A stretch of DNA of 64,000 bases from Amaricoccus sp. (GCA_044223585.1 JBGALW010000001.1:7276-71275), one strand, 5' to 3'; shown: positions 10,176 through 18,822, counted from the first letter of the stretch. The notes: generated by a model not told the origin, from the sequence alone. A program made the numbers and translations.

Positions 10176-11410
10176 CAGATTTTCACCCCGAAGAACGTAT
10201 TGGGCTTCGCCGCCACCAACCCCGGCCGGGCGATCGCGGGCGCCGCCGCCGGTAGGATCAAGGCGCCGTCCCGCCCGAACCCCTGCCGGGAGGTTGCGAG
10301 CGCGGCCCCCAAGCGCGTGGCCATGTTGTCGGCGGCCTTGGTCACCACCCTGTCGCCGAAACTGCGCCGGAGCTCGTCCATCATCTCGTTGGGCGCCAGC
10401 TGCCGCTTCCGCATCTTCTCGAGGTTGTGGACGAGGTCGCGCAGGTGCTTCGCGAACTCGTTCTGCTGGGTGATCGACGCCGGCCAGCGATCCGTGAAAA
10501 CATCTCGTCCGGGGTGGGCGGGGTTGTCCACATAGAGCAACTGGGCAGCCCGCGACGCCGCCTCGACTTCCAAGATGATCGCGTTGGAGAGACGGATGAC
10601 CGCCTCGGCCAACCCCAGCCTCGGCGCCGCAGCATAGCCGGCGAAGCACGACAGCATCACCGAGGGCGGGATGCGGCCGGCATAGTTCGCATACCGGATG
10701 TTCCGATATCGCTTCACGAGCTGAAGCGCCAAGGTCATCGTGTTCTTGACGATGAAGTCCGTCTGATCCGGCACGTCGTCGACCTCGGCATCGGCGCGGA
10801 CCTCCATGCCGCCGTGGTCAAGCCAGCGACGGTGGAATGCCTGCGCGAAGGGAACTTCGATCGGGGTCCGAGACCGGTACCACTCCGCGAAGCCGAACGC
10901 GTTCATATCCACAAGCCGGTCATCGGCCGAGGCCCTCGGCCCCTTGGCATGCGTGATGCGGCTCTGGCGATCCGGCGTGCCGTAGTCCCTCAGCGCGGGG
11001 GTCACGTCGATATGCATCCGGTCGGCGTAGGGGATCGTCACGCAGCGCGTCTGACGAACGATCGCGGCGACCGGATAGCCTTGCAGGGCCTCCTCCAGCG
11101 CTAGGAGGATGTCCAGCGGCGCCATGGTGCGGAAGCGACCGCCGAGCTGGGCGACAACGTCGAGATCGTACTCATCGTCGGTGCCGCGGGTGGAGATGGT
11201 TGCGTCGATCGCCATCGAGCCCTGCGGGTAGAACCACTCGATCTGGTCCTTGAAGTCGGGATGCGCTTCGATGTGCTCGCGCAGGGAGGTGAAGCGCGAC
11301 CGCGTCTTCTTGTGGAGGGACGGTGGCAGCTGAACGCTCAGAGCGACTTCAGCGAGGATGCTGTCGAGCGGATCCTGAAAGGGGTCGAGGTCGGTGAAGG
11401 GTACGGTCAT
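10175..11410 (-). CDS. cGAS/DncV-like nucleotidyltransferase (CD-NTase)
   Basis: QGS...DEYDLDVV and HIDVTP catalytic acidic residues, NPAHPGRDVFTDRW, C-terminal NTFFG-VKI tail. Confidence 0.9.
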   Translation of the reverse strand: MTVPFTDLDPFQDPLDSILAEVALSVQLPPSLHKKTRSRFTSLREHIEAHPDFKDQIEWFYPQGSMAIDATISTRGTDDEYDLDVVAQLGGRFRTMAPLDILLALEEALQGYPVAAIVRQTRCVTIPYADRMHIDVTPALRDYGTPDRQSRITHAKGPRASADDRLVDMNAFGFAEWYRSRTPIEVPFAQAFHRRWLDHGGMEVRADAEVDDVPDQTDFIVKNTMTLALQLVKRYRNIRYANYAGRIPPSVMLSCFAGYAAAPRLGLAEAVIRLSNAIILEVEAASRAAQLLYVDNPAHPGRDVFTDRWPASITQQNEFAKHLRDLVHNLEKMRKRQLAPNEMMDELRRSFGDRVVTKAADNMATRLGAALATSRQGFGRDGALILPAAAPAIARPGLVAAKPNTFFGVKI

Positions 11411-11450
11411 CGTCTACTGCCCTGCGCCGCCTCGGAAACCGTCTCGCTCC

Positions 11451-11564
11451 GGCGCAAAGTTCGGAACGGTTTAGCGAGAAATATCTCTACACCGAACAAG
11501 GTGGGGAGCTTGATCTTCGATGTCAAGGGTCACAGTGTGCGTCTATACCGAACTTTCTTGCGCC
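11451..11564. promoter_or_regulatory. Divergent CBASS/regulator promoter region with repeated CCGAAC motifs (putative HTH operators)
   Basis: AAAGTTCGG (11456) and CCGAACTTT (11548) form an inverted pair; CTACACCGAAC (11487) and CTATACCGAAC (11543) form a direct pair. Confidence 0.45.
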
Positions 11565-11598
11565 GACCGGCGCCACCAAGCCGAAGGGGACGACGACC

Positions 11599-11922
11599 AT
11601 GTCATTTGGGAAGAAAATCAAAGATCTACGAACGTCCGCCGGCATGACGCTCGACCAGCTGGCGCAGGCGACGGGATCGTCCAAGAGCTACATCTGGGAA
11701 CTCGAGAACAAGAATCCACCTCGTCCGTCCGCCGAGAAGCTGTCGGTCATCGCGACGGCCCTGGGTGTCACCGTCGACTACCTGCTCGGGACTGATGACC
11801 AGACCCTGGAGGCAGCAGAGGACAAGGCCTTCTTCCGGCACTATAGCTCCCTCCCGGAGTCTACACGTCGTACGATCCGGGAGATGGCAGAACTCCTCAG
11901 CAAGAAGCCGGATGACAAATGA
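11599..11922 (+). CDS. XRE-family HTH repressor (CapH-like)
   Basis: MTLDQLAQATGSSKSYIWELEN...LGVTVDYLL; divergent from the CBASS operon. Confidence 0.85.
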   Translation: MSFGKKIKDLRTSAGMTLDQLAQATGSSKSYIWELENKNPPRPSAEKLSVIATALGVTVDYLLGTDDQTLEAAEDKAFFRHYSSLPESTRRTIREMAELLSKKPDDK

Positions 11923-12815
11923 CCCCAGAGCGGGCTGCGATCGCGCTTACCAAGATACTTGATGCCCGAGACGGCGTTGACCGCTTTGATCGCGCGCCGG
12001 TCGATCCCGAGTGGCTGGCTCTGAACTACTCCGCCCAGGTCTTCTCGAATGAACCAATCGTGGTCGTTAAGGGCGAGGCCCTGGATGGGTGTGTCGGGGC
12101 GCTGGTTTTCGGTGAGACAAAGCCGCGCCGATGGGGGATCCTCTACGATGAGCGGCAGGATCCCCGACGCCGAAATTTCACGGTCGCCCATGAGCTCGGC
12201 CACTACTTGCTGCATCGGGAAATGATCGAAGAGACGACGCCCGACGGTCTGTACTGCAGCGAGGCTGATGTCGAGCAGGGGCGAGGCAGCACGGCAATTG
12301 AGAAGGAGGCCGACCTCTTCGCAGCCACCTTGCTCATGCCGCTCCATGATTTCAGGAAACAGCTCACCCCCAAGGCTCGCGCGGACTTCACCGTCCTTGG
12401 CCGCCTGGGGGATCGCTATGGCGTTTCCCTGACCGCGGTGATCCTCCGTTGGCTGGACTACACCGAAACGCGGGCCATGGTGGTGGTATCCAATGAGGGG
12501 TTCGCCCTCTGGGCAAAGTCCAGCTCCGCGGCCTTTCGCTCGGGCCGGTTCATCAGGACGAAGAACACGCTGTTCGAGTTGCCAGAGGTCTCTATCGCAA
12601 AGTCCCGTCTGGCTTCGACCCCGGGTATTATGCAGGTGTCTCAGCCCGTCGGTGCCTGGTTCGACGAGCCCGTGTCTGAGACAAGCCTGCGGGCAAACCG
12701 CCTTGACCAGGAGGTCACTCTCCTGCAATTCGACGCCAGCTACGATGAAATACCCGAGGAGCCTGTGTCCGATCTCGTGGATCGCGTGGCAGAGCCTCAG
12801 TGGCGCACTCGTTGA
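11919..12815 (+). CDS. ImmA/IrrE family zinc metallopeptidase (CapP-like)
   Basis: RRNFTVAHELGH (HExxH), EKEADLFAATLLMP, YGVSLTA. Confidence 0.88.
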   Translation: MTPERAAIALTKILDARDGVDRFDRAPVDPEWLALNYSAQVFSNEPIVVVKGEALDGCVGALVFGETKPRRWGILYDERQDPRRRNFTVAHELGHYLLHREMIEETTPDGLYCSEADVEQGRGSTAIEKEADLFAATLLMPLHDFRKQLTPKARADFTVLGRLGDRYGVSLTAVILRWLDYTETRAMVVVSNEGFALWAKSSSAAFRSGRFIRTKNTLFELPEVSIAKSRLASTPGIMQVSQPVGAWFDEPVSETSLRANRLDQEVTLLQFDASYDEIPEEPVSDLVDRVAEPQWRTR

Positions 12816-12981
12816 CCCCGCGAAGCCAACATGGCGACCATCGCGCCTAGCGCGTAAATCGCAGTCTCTTCTTTCGCGACGCACTCGCGATCTTCGGCCG
12901 CGGGTTTGGGGCCGAGGAACTTGAGGTCGATCGTCGCGAAGTCCTGTGCTAGCATGTGTACATCCCAGCACAGGGGCCGCC

Positions 12982-13242
12982 ATGTCGACGTCCGCCACCA
13001 TGACCATCCGCATCGCCACCGACACGAAGCGCAAGCTGGAGCGGCTCGCCGCTGACACCCGGCGCAGCAAGTCCTTCCTCGCCGCCGAGGCGGTCTCGGC
13101 TTACGTCGAGCGCGAGCTCGCGATCATTGACGGCGTTCAGCGCGGGCTCGCCGATGTCGAAGCGGGTCGCGTCGTCCCACACGACGCTGCGATGGACGAG
13201 GTCCAGGCCGTGATCGACGCGGCGAAGAGCGGCAAGGCGTGA
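12982..13242 (+). CDS. CopG/ribbon-helix-helix antitoxin
   Basis: TMTIRI beta strand, RRSKSFLAAEAVSAYVERE, C-terminal GLADVEAGRVVPHD. Confidence 0.85.
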   Translation: MSTSATMTIRIATDTKRKLERLAADTRRSKSFLAAEAVSAYVERELAIIDGVQRGLADVEAGRVVPHDAAMDEVQAVIDAAKSGKA

Positions 13243-14921
13243 CACTCACCAAGCGACCGCGGGAGGCCCCGGGCCGCCAGGGGACCGCACCCGAAGCGAA
13301 GGCGGCCGACCCCGGCACGCCGATCCCGATCGGCGCGCTCGAGCAGCATGTTGCGATCGTCGGGCGTACCGGCAGCGGCAAAAGCTATGCCGCCCGCGGC
13401 GCGGTCGAAGCGCTGCTCGATGCCGGCCGCCAGGTCGTCGTCCTCGACCCGACCGGCGTCTGGTGGGGGCTTCGCGCTGGCGCCGACGGCGGGTCGGGCT
13501 TCCCGGTCCCGGTGATCGGCGGCGACCGTGCCGACGTCGCGCTGCCGGCCGAGGCCGGCGCAGCGCTTGCGGCGCTGCTCGTCGCGCGCCGACAGTCTGC
13601 GGTGGTAGACACCAGCGGCTTCACCATGGGCGAACGCCGACGCTTCTATGGCGCCTTCCTCGCCGGGCTGCATCACGAGAACCGCGCGGCGCTGCATCTC
13701 GTCGTCGACGAGGCCGACGAACTCGCGCCCCAGCGCCCCCTGCCCGACCAGACCACCGTGCTGCACGAGATGGACCGCATTGTCCGCCGCGGCCGCGCGC
13801 GGGGCTTCCGGGTGCTGATGATCACCCAGCGACCGGCGGTGCTGCACAAGGACGTCCTGAGCCAGGCCGGCTGCCTGATCGCCATGCAGCTCACCGCGGC
13901 GCAGGACCGGGCGGCGATCGGCGCCTGGATCGAGGGCCAGGCCGACCGTGCCGAGGCGAAGGCGCTTCTCGCCTCGCTTCCCCAGCTCCGCACCGGCGAG
14001 GGCTGGCTCTGGTGGCCGCACGCCGGGCCGCCGGTCCAGCAGCGCTTTCCGCAGATCCGGACCCTCGACACCGGAAGCACGCCGGCCCACGGCGAGGAGG
14101 CGGCCGAAGCGCCACTCTCCGACGCAGGCCTCGACCTCGAGGCCCTGCGCGCAGCGTTGGCGGCGCCGGTCTCCGACAAGCCTCGCCGGGACGACGGCAA
14201 GGCGCTGACGGCGCTGCGCGCCGAACGCGATCGGCTGGAGCGCGAGCGCGACCAGGCGCTCGCCGAGCTCGAGGCGTGTCGGGCCGCCATCCGCGCAGCG
14301 ACCGACGCCCTCGCGCCCCTCGCCGGGGAGGTCGTCACTTCGCCCACCCACCGGCCCGCAGAGGAGGAGGCCTCCGCGCCCGTGACCGCGTCCCCTGCCC
14401 CTAGCGCGAAGGCTCGATCGACCGCCCGGCGCGGCCGCGGCGAGGGCGCCGAGCTGCGCATCCTCCGGGTGCTGGTGGCGCACGGTCGGCCGGCGACGAT
14501 GCGCCAGTGGGCGACGCTCGCCGGCCTCTCCGCCAAGGGGGGCACCTGGTCGACCTACGTCTCCCGCCTGCGCACCAGCGGCTACCTCGGCGCGGGCGTC
14601 GGCGGCACCTGGTACCCAAGCAAGACGGGTAAAGCCGCCGCTGGCGAGGTCGGGCCCCCGCCGAGCGGCGAGGAGCTTGTCGGCCGGTGGTGCGAGGCCG
14701 TCGGCGCTGGCGGCGCCGGTCGCATGCTGGCGGTGCTGGCCGGACGCTATCCGGCCACGGTCGACCGCGAGGCCCTTGCCGAGGAACTCGGCCTCGCCGC
14801 CTCCGGCGGCACCTTCAGCACCTATCTCTCGCGGCTTGTCTCGAACGGCCTCGCGACCCGGTTGCCGGAGGGCGTCCGCGCGGCGGGAGAGCTCTTCCCG
14901 GCCGGGAGCGAGCCGCTGTGA
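13239..14921 (+). CDS. HerA/FtsK-like (DUF87-type) P-loop ATPase with a coiled coil and two C-terminal winged-helix-like repeats
   Basis: GRTGSGKS Walker A, LVVDEAD Walker B, RRGRARG, ITQRP; coiled coil ALRAERDRLERERDQALAELE; two GGT(W/F)STY(V/L)SRL units. Confidence 0.8.
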   Translation: MTLTKRPREAPGRQGTAPEAKAADPGTPIPIGALEQHVAIVGRTGSGKSYAARGAVEALLDAGRQVVVLDPTGVWWGLRAGADGGSGFPVPVIGGDRADVALPAEAGAALAALLVARRQSAVVDTSGFTMGERRRFYGAFLAGLHHENRAALHLVVDEADELAPQRPLPDQTTVLHEMDRIVRRGRARGFRVLMITQRPAVLHKDVLSQAGCLIAMQLTAAQDRAAIGAWIEGQADRAEAKALLASLPQLRTGEGWLWWPHAGPPVQQRFPQIRTLDTGSTPAHGEEAAEAPLSDAGLDLEALRAALAAPVSDKPRRDDGKALTALRAERDRLERERDQALAELEACRAAIRAATDALAPLAGEVVTSPTHRPAEEEASAPVTASPAPSAKARSTARRGRGEGAELRILRVLVAHGRPATMRQWATLAGLSAKGGTWSTYVSRLRTSGYLGAGVGGTWYPSKTGKAAAGEVGPPPSGEELVGRWCEAVGAGGAGRMLAVLAGRYPATVDREALAEELGLAASGGTFSTYLSRLVSNGLATRLPEGVRAAGELFPAGSEPL

Positions 14922-15226
14922 CGCGAGCGGTAGAATGGTCGCGTGACGCCCTCGACGACCTGAAGGCCCAGATCACCTATATCGCCGCCGAGAACCCTGC
15001 CGCGGCGCAGCGCGTCGCCGATCGCCTGCGCGCCACCGGTGACGCCCTCAGCGAAATGCCGACCGGCCGGCCGGGCCGGGTCGCCGGAACCTACGAGAAG
15101 TCGGTAACGGGGTTACGCTACATCATCGCCTACGCGCTGACACGGCGCGGTGACCGGGAGATCCTGTCGATCCTCCGGGTGATCCACACTGCTCGCGACT
15201 GGCCCGACGAGGAATGGCCGCGTTAG
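14918..15226 (+). CDS. RelE/ParE family toxin
   Basis: GTG14918 gives MTRAVEWSRDALDDLKAQITYIAAENPAAA...GRPGRVAGTYE...YIIAY...ILRVIHTARDW. Confidence 0.88.
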   Translation: MTRAVEWSRDALDDLKAQITYIAAENPAAAQRVADRLRATGDALSEMPTGRPGRVAGTYEKSVTGLRYIIAYALTRRGDREILSILRVIHTARDWPDEEWPR

Positions 15227-15469
15227 CACAGTCGGCGACCCCGAAACGAAGACAGCCTGCCCTCCTTGCGGAGGAACAGGCTGCCTCATTTCCGTCGGCG
15301 GTCATCGCCGTCCCCGGCTGTACTGCACGGGAATCGTAGAACAGGAATCCACGGGATTCCAGCGCTGTATGCCGGATTTCTCGGGTTTTCTCCGATCCGA
15401 GCGCGAACAGAGTAGATAGCAGTTTATGCACCATATGTGTTATAGGATGCTCCGAGCAGGAGGCTGACG

Positions 15470-15715
15470 ATGAACGTGTCAATCGGGAAGCGCTGGGAAG
15501 AGTTCGTCGAGGGCGTCGTGCAGGACGGCCGATACGGCTCGGCGAGCGAGGTGGTGCGCGAAGGCCTTCGCCTCGTCGAGGAGCGCGAGGCGAAGCTGAC
15601 GGCGCTGCGCCAGACGCTCGAGGCCTCGATCGCCGAGGGTGGAGCCCTGAGCCAGGAAGAGGTGAGCGCCGCCCTGTCCGCCAAGGCCAAGGCTCTGGCG
15701 AGCGAAGGGTTCTAG
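15470..15715 (+). CDS. parD: ParD-family antitoxin
   Basis: MNVSIG...VQDGRYGSASEVVREGLRLVEERE. Confidence 0.88.
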   Translation: MNVSIGKRWEEFVEGVVQDGRYGSASEVVREGLRLVEEREAKLTALRQTLEASIAEGGALSQEEVSAALSAKAKALASEGF

Positions 15716-16035
15716 TGCGCCGCCTGGTCTACCTCGCGGCCGCAGAGCGCGATCTCCTGTCGATCCTCGACTACATCACGCGCGAAAGCGGCAGCGCCGC
15801 GGTCGGTCTGGGTTTCACCGAGCGGCTGCAGGCGCAGTGCGCCAAGCTGGCCTCCCTGCCCGGCACGCTTGGCCGGGCTCGTCCCGAGCTCCATCCCGAC
15901 CTCCGCAGCTCCGCCCTCGGGAACTACGTGATCTTCTTCCGCTACCGCGACGACATGCTGGAGGTGGTCAACATCCTGGAGGGCCATCGCGACATCGATG
16001 CGTTCTTCAGCGAGGGCGCGCGTCCGGAGGAATAG
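15715..16035 (+). CDS. parE: ParE-family toxin
   Basis: AERDLLSILDYI...GRARPELHPDLRS...YVIFFR...ILEGHRDI. Confidence 0.88.
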   Translation: MRRLVYLAAAERDLLSILDYITRESGSAAVGLGFTERLQAQCAKLASLPGTLGRARPELHPDLRSSALGNYVIFFRYRDDMLEVVNILEGHRDIDAFFSEGARPEE

Positions 16036-16041
16036 GCCGCC

Positions 16042-17043
16042 TCACAGGGTCGCCGGCGCCACGGTGTCTTCCTTCTCACCGCGCAGCACGATCCTCAGGG
16101 AGCCGTCCGGTAGCGGCCGCTGCAGCGCCTTCGCCTCACTCCACGGCGCCGCGAGCCAGGTCTCCCATTCCGCGGGCTCGGTCAGGATGGCGGGCATTGC
16201 CTTCGGGTGGACGGCGCGGATCTCGGCGTTTGGCGTCGTGGTGAGGAACCCGTAGAGGTCCGCGGTCACCGGCCCTTCCTTCACCTTCCGCGTGCTGGTC
16301 CAGGTTGCCCAGAGGCCGGCGAAGAAGGCGAGCGGGCGGCTCTCGTCGAAGGCAAACCACACTGTTGGCCGCGAGCCGTCGGCCAGCGTCTCGTTCTCGG
16401 CGAAGCTCGTGAACGGCACGAGGCAGCGGTGCTCAGGGCCGAGCCAGGGCCGCCAGTGCGACGAGCTCGTCTGCCGAATGTTGGTGACGCCGCGGTCGAC
16501 CTTCTTGCCAGCGAGGTACTGGGGCGGAGTCGGCATCCCCCAGCGCGCCATGACGAGCTCCCTGCCCTCCCCGGCATTGCGGATGATCGGCGCCGGATAG
16601 TCCGGGTATATGCCCGGCAGCGGCGGCATGTTGCCGGCACGATCCTCGAGGCCGGCGAAGAGCCGGCGCATCGCCTCCTGCGAGCGGGTCATCGAGTAGA
16701 GGTTGCACATGGGCGACTTCTCGTCCTGGGGCCGGCCGAACGGCAGGTAGGGGGAGGTGTAGACCACGGAGTCGGTGCCGTCTGCCAGCAGGAGGTCCGG
16801 GAAGCGCGCGACGAACCGGTGCGCGATCTCCGGCGCCCTGAAATAGACCGCCACCGCGTCCCGCGTGATCCCGAGCGAGCTCGCCGCATGGAAGGCGTAG
16901 TCGCCGCGGCCGACCTCCCGATCGAGCCAGGCATAGAGATCGGTGAGCTGCCGCTCGAATCCACCTTCCGGTACCAGGAGCTTGACCCGCACGGGAAAAG
17001 CCTCGTCGTCGATCCGTCTTTGGGGCGTGCTTCGGCGAGTCAT
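16042..17043 (-). CDS. SOS response-associated peptidase (SRAP/YedK; domain starts at MCNLY, 16710) fused in frame to a ~110-aa N-terminal domain
   Basis: [38 protein letters not shown]; no stop codon between the two parts. Confidence 0.85.
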   Translation of the reverse strand: MTRRSTPQRRIDDEAFPVRVKLLVPEGGFERQLTDLYAWLDREVGRGDYAFHAASSLGITRDAVAVYFRAPEIAHRFVARFPDLLLADGTDSVVYTSPYLPFGRPQDEKSPMCNLYSMTRSQEAMRRLFAGLEDRAGNMPPLPGIYPDYPAPIIRNAGEGRELVMARWGMPTPPQYLAGKKVDRGVTNIRQTSSSHWRPWLGPEHRCLVPFTSFAENETLADGSRPTVWFAFDESRPLAFFAGLWATWTSTRKVKEGPVTADLYGFLTTTPNAEIRAVHPKAMPAILTEPAEWETWLAAPWSEAKALQRPLPDGSLRIVLRGEKEDTVAPATL

Positions 17044-17065
17044 GGCTGCTCTTGGCGTCGGGAAT

Positions 17066-17080
17066 GTTCTCTAAATGTTC
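17066..17080. promoter_or_regulatory. Alphaproteobacterial LexA (SOS) box
   Basis: GTTC-TCTAAAT-GTTC matches GTTC-N7-GTTC and lies about 22 bp upstream of ATG17043. Confidence 0.75.
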
Positions 17081-17123
17081 CTGATCGCGCGGTGACGCAA
17101 GCGGCTCGTCGCCCGGGGCGAGA

Positions 17124-17506
17124 GAGATCGCCGCCGGCGATCATGATGAGCTGCGGCCAGGCCGGGGGATCGACGGGCCTTCGGGCCCGCTCACCCCCAC
17201 CCTGAGGACTTTGCCACGCATGGAAGTCCGCCCTGCATCCGGGCGACCGCGCGTCAACCGGCAAGCGGCGGCCAGGGCCGCCGGCTCCACCGCCCCACCC
17301 GTGTCCTCGCCTTCGGCTGCGGGCCGCGCCACGGGGCGGCTCCGCCCGGTTGACCCACGCTCGCCCGGCCGCGGGTCGGGCAGCCGCCCTCCCCGCTCTG
17401 CCCACCCGGGAAATGCGGGGTGCATTTCCGGTCGGCAGACCGGGACGGCTCCGCCCAACAGCGGACGGAGGGCAGAAGACCCCGACCGCTCCACCACAAA
17501 GGAGAC
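17124..17506 (+). repeat. Structured leading-region repeat, copy 1 (putative ssDNA promoter / CUP-like element)
   Basis: Closely similar to 18435-18815 and 22257-22634; nested hairpins; ends in AAGGAGAC RBS. Confidence 0.85.
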
Positions 17507-17512
17507 CGGCCG

Positions 17513-17725
17513 ATGGCCATGGACGACGACGACTTCGAAGACGACGACGAGCTCGACCTCTTCGAGGACTACGAGGACGGGGACATCGGTTACGCCCGCT
17601 TCCTCCAGTCCCACGGCGTCGACCAGACGTGCCGGCGCTGCGGCTTCCCGTTCCGCGGCATGCCGGACCACGCTTACTGCAACGCCTGCGCCGACGCGAT
17701 CGAGGCGGGCCACCCGGTCGACTGA
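17513..17725 (+). CDS. Small, highly acidic zinc-ribbon protein (70 aa)
   Basis: RBS supplied by the repeat; 15 D/E in the first 24 aa; CX2C-X12-CX2C. Confidence 0.75.
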   Translation: MAMDDDDFEDDDELDLFEDYEDGDIGYARFLQSHGVDQTCRRCGFPFRGMPDHAYCNACADAIEAGHPVD

Positions 17726-17789
17726 CCGGACCCGCGGGCGGGGGGGTGAGCGCCTCCCGCCATCCCCAATCCGATAGATGGAGATCGCG

Positions 17790-18143
17790 ATGCATCGCGC
17801 TGAATGGAAAGCCTTTCATCATTCGATCCGGCATGACGCCCGGGCGTTTCGGGAGAGCCACGGCGGCTTTCCGTGCTTCACCCGCCGCTTCCTCCACAAT
17901 GGCGAGGAATGGAGCTTCACCCGCGCCCGCAACGACGGCATGCGCTGGACCAGCCACCTGCGGAAAAGCCTGATCCGTCAGATCGGTTGGCGCCAGAAGC
18001 ACGCCGACGAGATGAGCGACCTGCCCTACTGGCACCAGAAGCACCGGCGCGAGCCCTGGGCCCGGGCCACCTTCCGCCGGGCGATCCTGACCGCGGTGCG
18101 CTGCGCGCGGGAATGGCGCCTCGCCGGCCAGGCGGAGGGCTGA
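17790..18143 (+). CDS. Hypothetical basic protein rich in Arg, His and Trp
   Basis: GGAG RBS; GC3-rich codons; appears operonic. Confidence 0.65.
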   Translation: MHRAEWKAFHHSIRHDARAFRESHGGFPCFTRRFLHNGEEWSFTRARNDGMRWTSHLRKSLIRQIGWRQKHADEMSDLPYWHQKHRREPWARATFRRAILTAVRCAREWRLAGQAEG

Positions 18144-18146
18144 GCC

Positions 18147-18341
18147 ATGTTCGGCACCTACTGCCGCCTCGCCGTGCCGGTGTGGTCGACCGACCGCGAG
18201 GTGATCCGGGCGGCCCGCCGGCTTCTTTCGGCCCGCGCCCGGTGCGGCCGTGCGCTCCACGCCGAGCGTCATGCCTTCCTGCGGCAGATGCTGGAGTTTC
18301 ACCACTGCGAGCAGGACCTCGTGCGCGAGTATCGGCTCTGA
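18147..18341 (+). CDS. Hypothetical protein (64 aa)
   Basis: Starts 3 bp after the previous stop, with GGAGG upstream; followed by a GC hairpin. Confidence 0.65.
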   Translation: MFGTYCRLAVPVWSTDREVIRAARRLLSARARCGRALHAERHAFLRQMLEFHHCEQDLVREYRL

Positions 18342-18374
18342 CCCCGCGCGCGCCCCGCCTGACCGGCGGGGCGC

Positions 18375-18406
18375 CTCATTTCCTAATCCCCTGATTTCCT
18401 CGGTTG
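18375..18406 (-). repeat. Degenerate 8-bp tandem array
   Basis: Minus strand reads CAACCGAG-GAAATCAG-GGGATTAG-GAAATGAG. Confidence 0.5.
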
Positions 18407-18434
18407 CGCCCACGTCTGCCGGAGCTGGTCAGCG

Positions 18435-18815
18435 GAGATCGCCGCCGGCGATCGCGAGGAGCTGCGGACAGGCCGGGGGATCGACGGGCCTTCCGGCCCG
18501 CTCACCCCCACCCTGACGACTTTGCCATGCCTGACGTCCGCCCTGCATCCGGGCGACCGCGCGTCAACCGGCAAGCGGCGGCCGGGGCCGCCGGCTCCGC
18601 CGCCCCACCCGTGTCCTCGCCTTCGGCTGCGGGCCGCGCCACGGGGCGCCTCCGCCCGGTTGACCCGCGCCCGCCCGGCCGCGGGTCGGGCAGTCGCCCT
18701 CCCCCGCTCTGCCTCCCCGGGAAATGCGGGGTGCATTTCCGGTCGGCAGACCGGGACGGCTCCGCCCAACAGCGGACCGAGGCAAAGACCCCGACCGCTC
18801 CACCACGAAGGAGAC
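18435..18815 (+). repeat. Structured leading-region repeat, copy 2
   Basis: Same hairpin architecture as copy 1; ends in GAAGGAGAC RBS. Confidence 0.85.
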
Positions 18816-18822
18816 GGACCCC

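Noticed and set aside
11459-11475. LexA box in the CBASS promoter
   Set aside because: GTTC/GAAC half-sites are present but not in GTTC-N7-GTTC spacing.
13239-14921. ATPase as part of a known HerA defence system or a second VirB4/VirD4
   Set aside because: There is no adjacent Sir2, NurA or DUF4297 partner and no TM segment, and true VirB4 and VirD4 genes are present elsewhere.
15415-15450. XerCD dif/pdif site next to the TA modules
   Set aside because: TTATGCACCATATGTGTTATAGG does not fit the 11-6-11 dif layout well; it is more simply the parDE promoter/operator.
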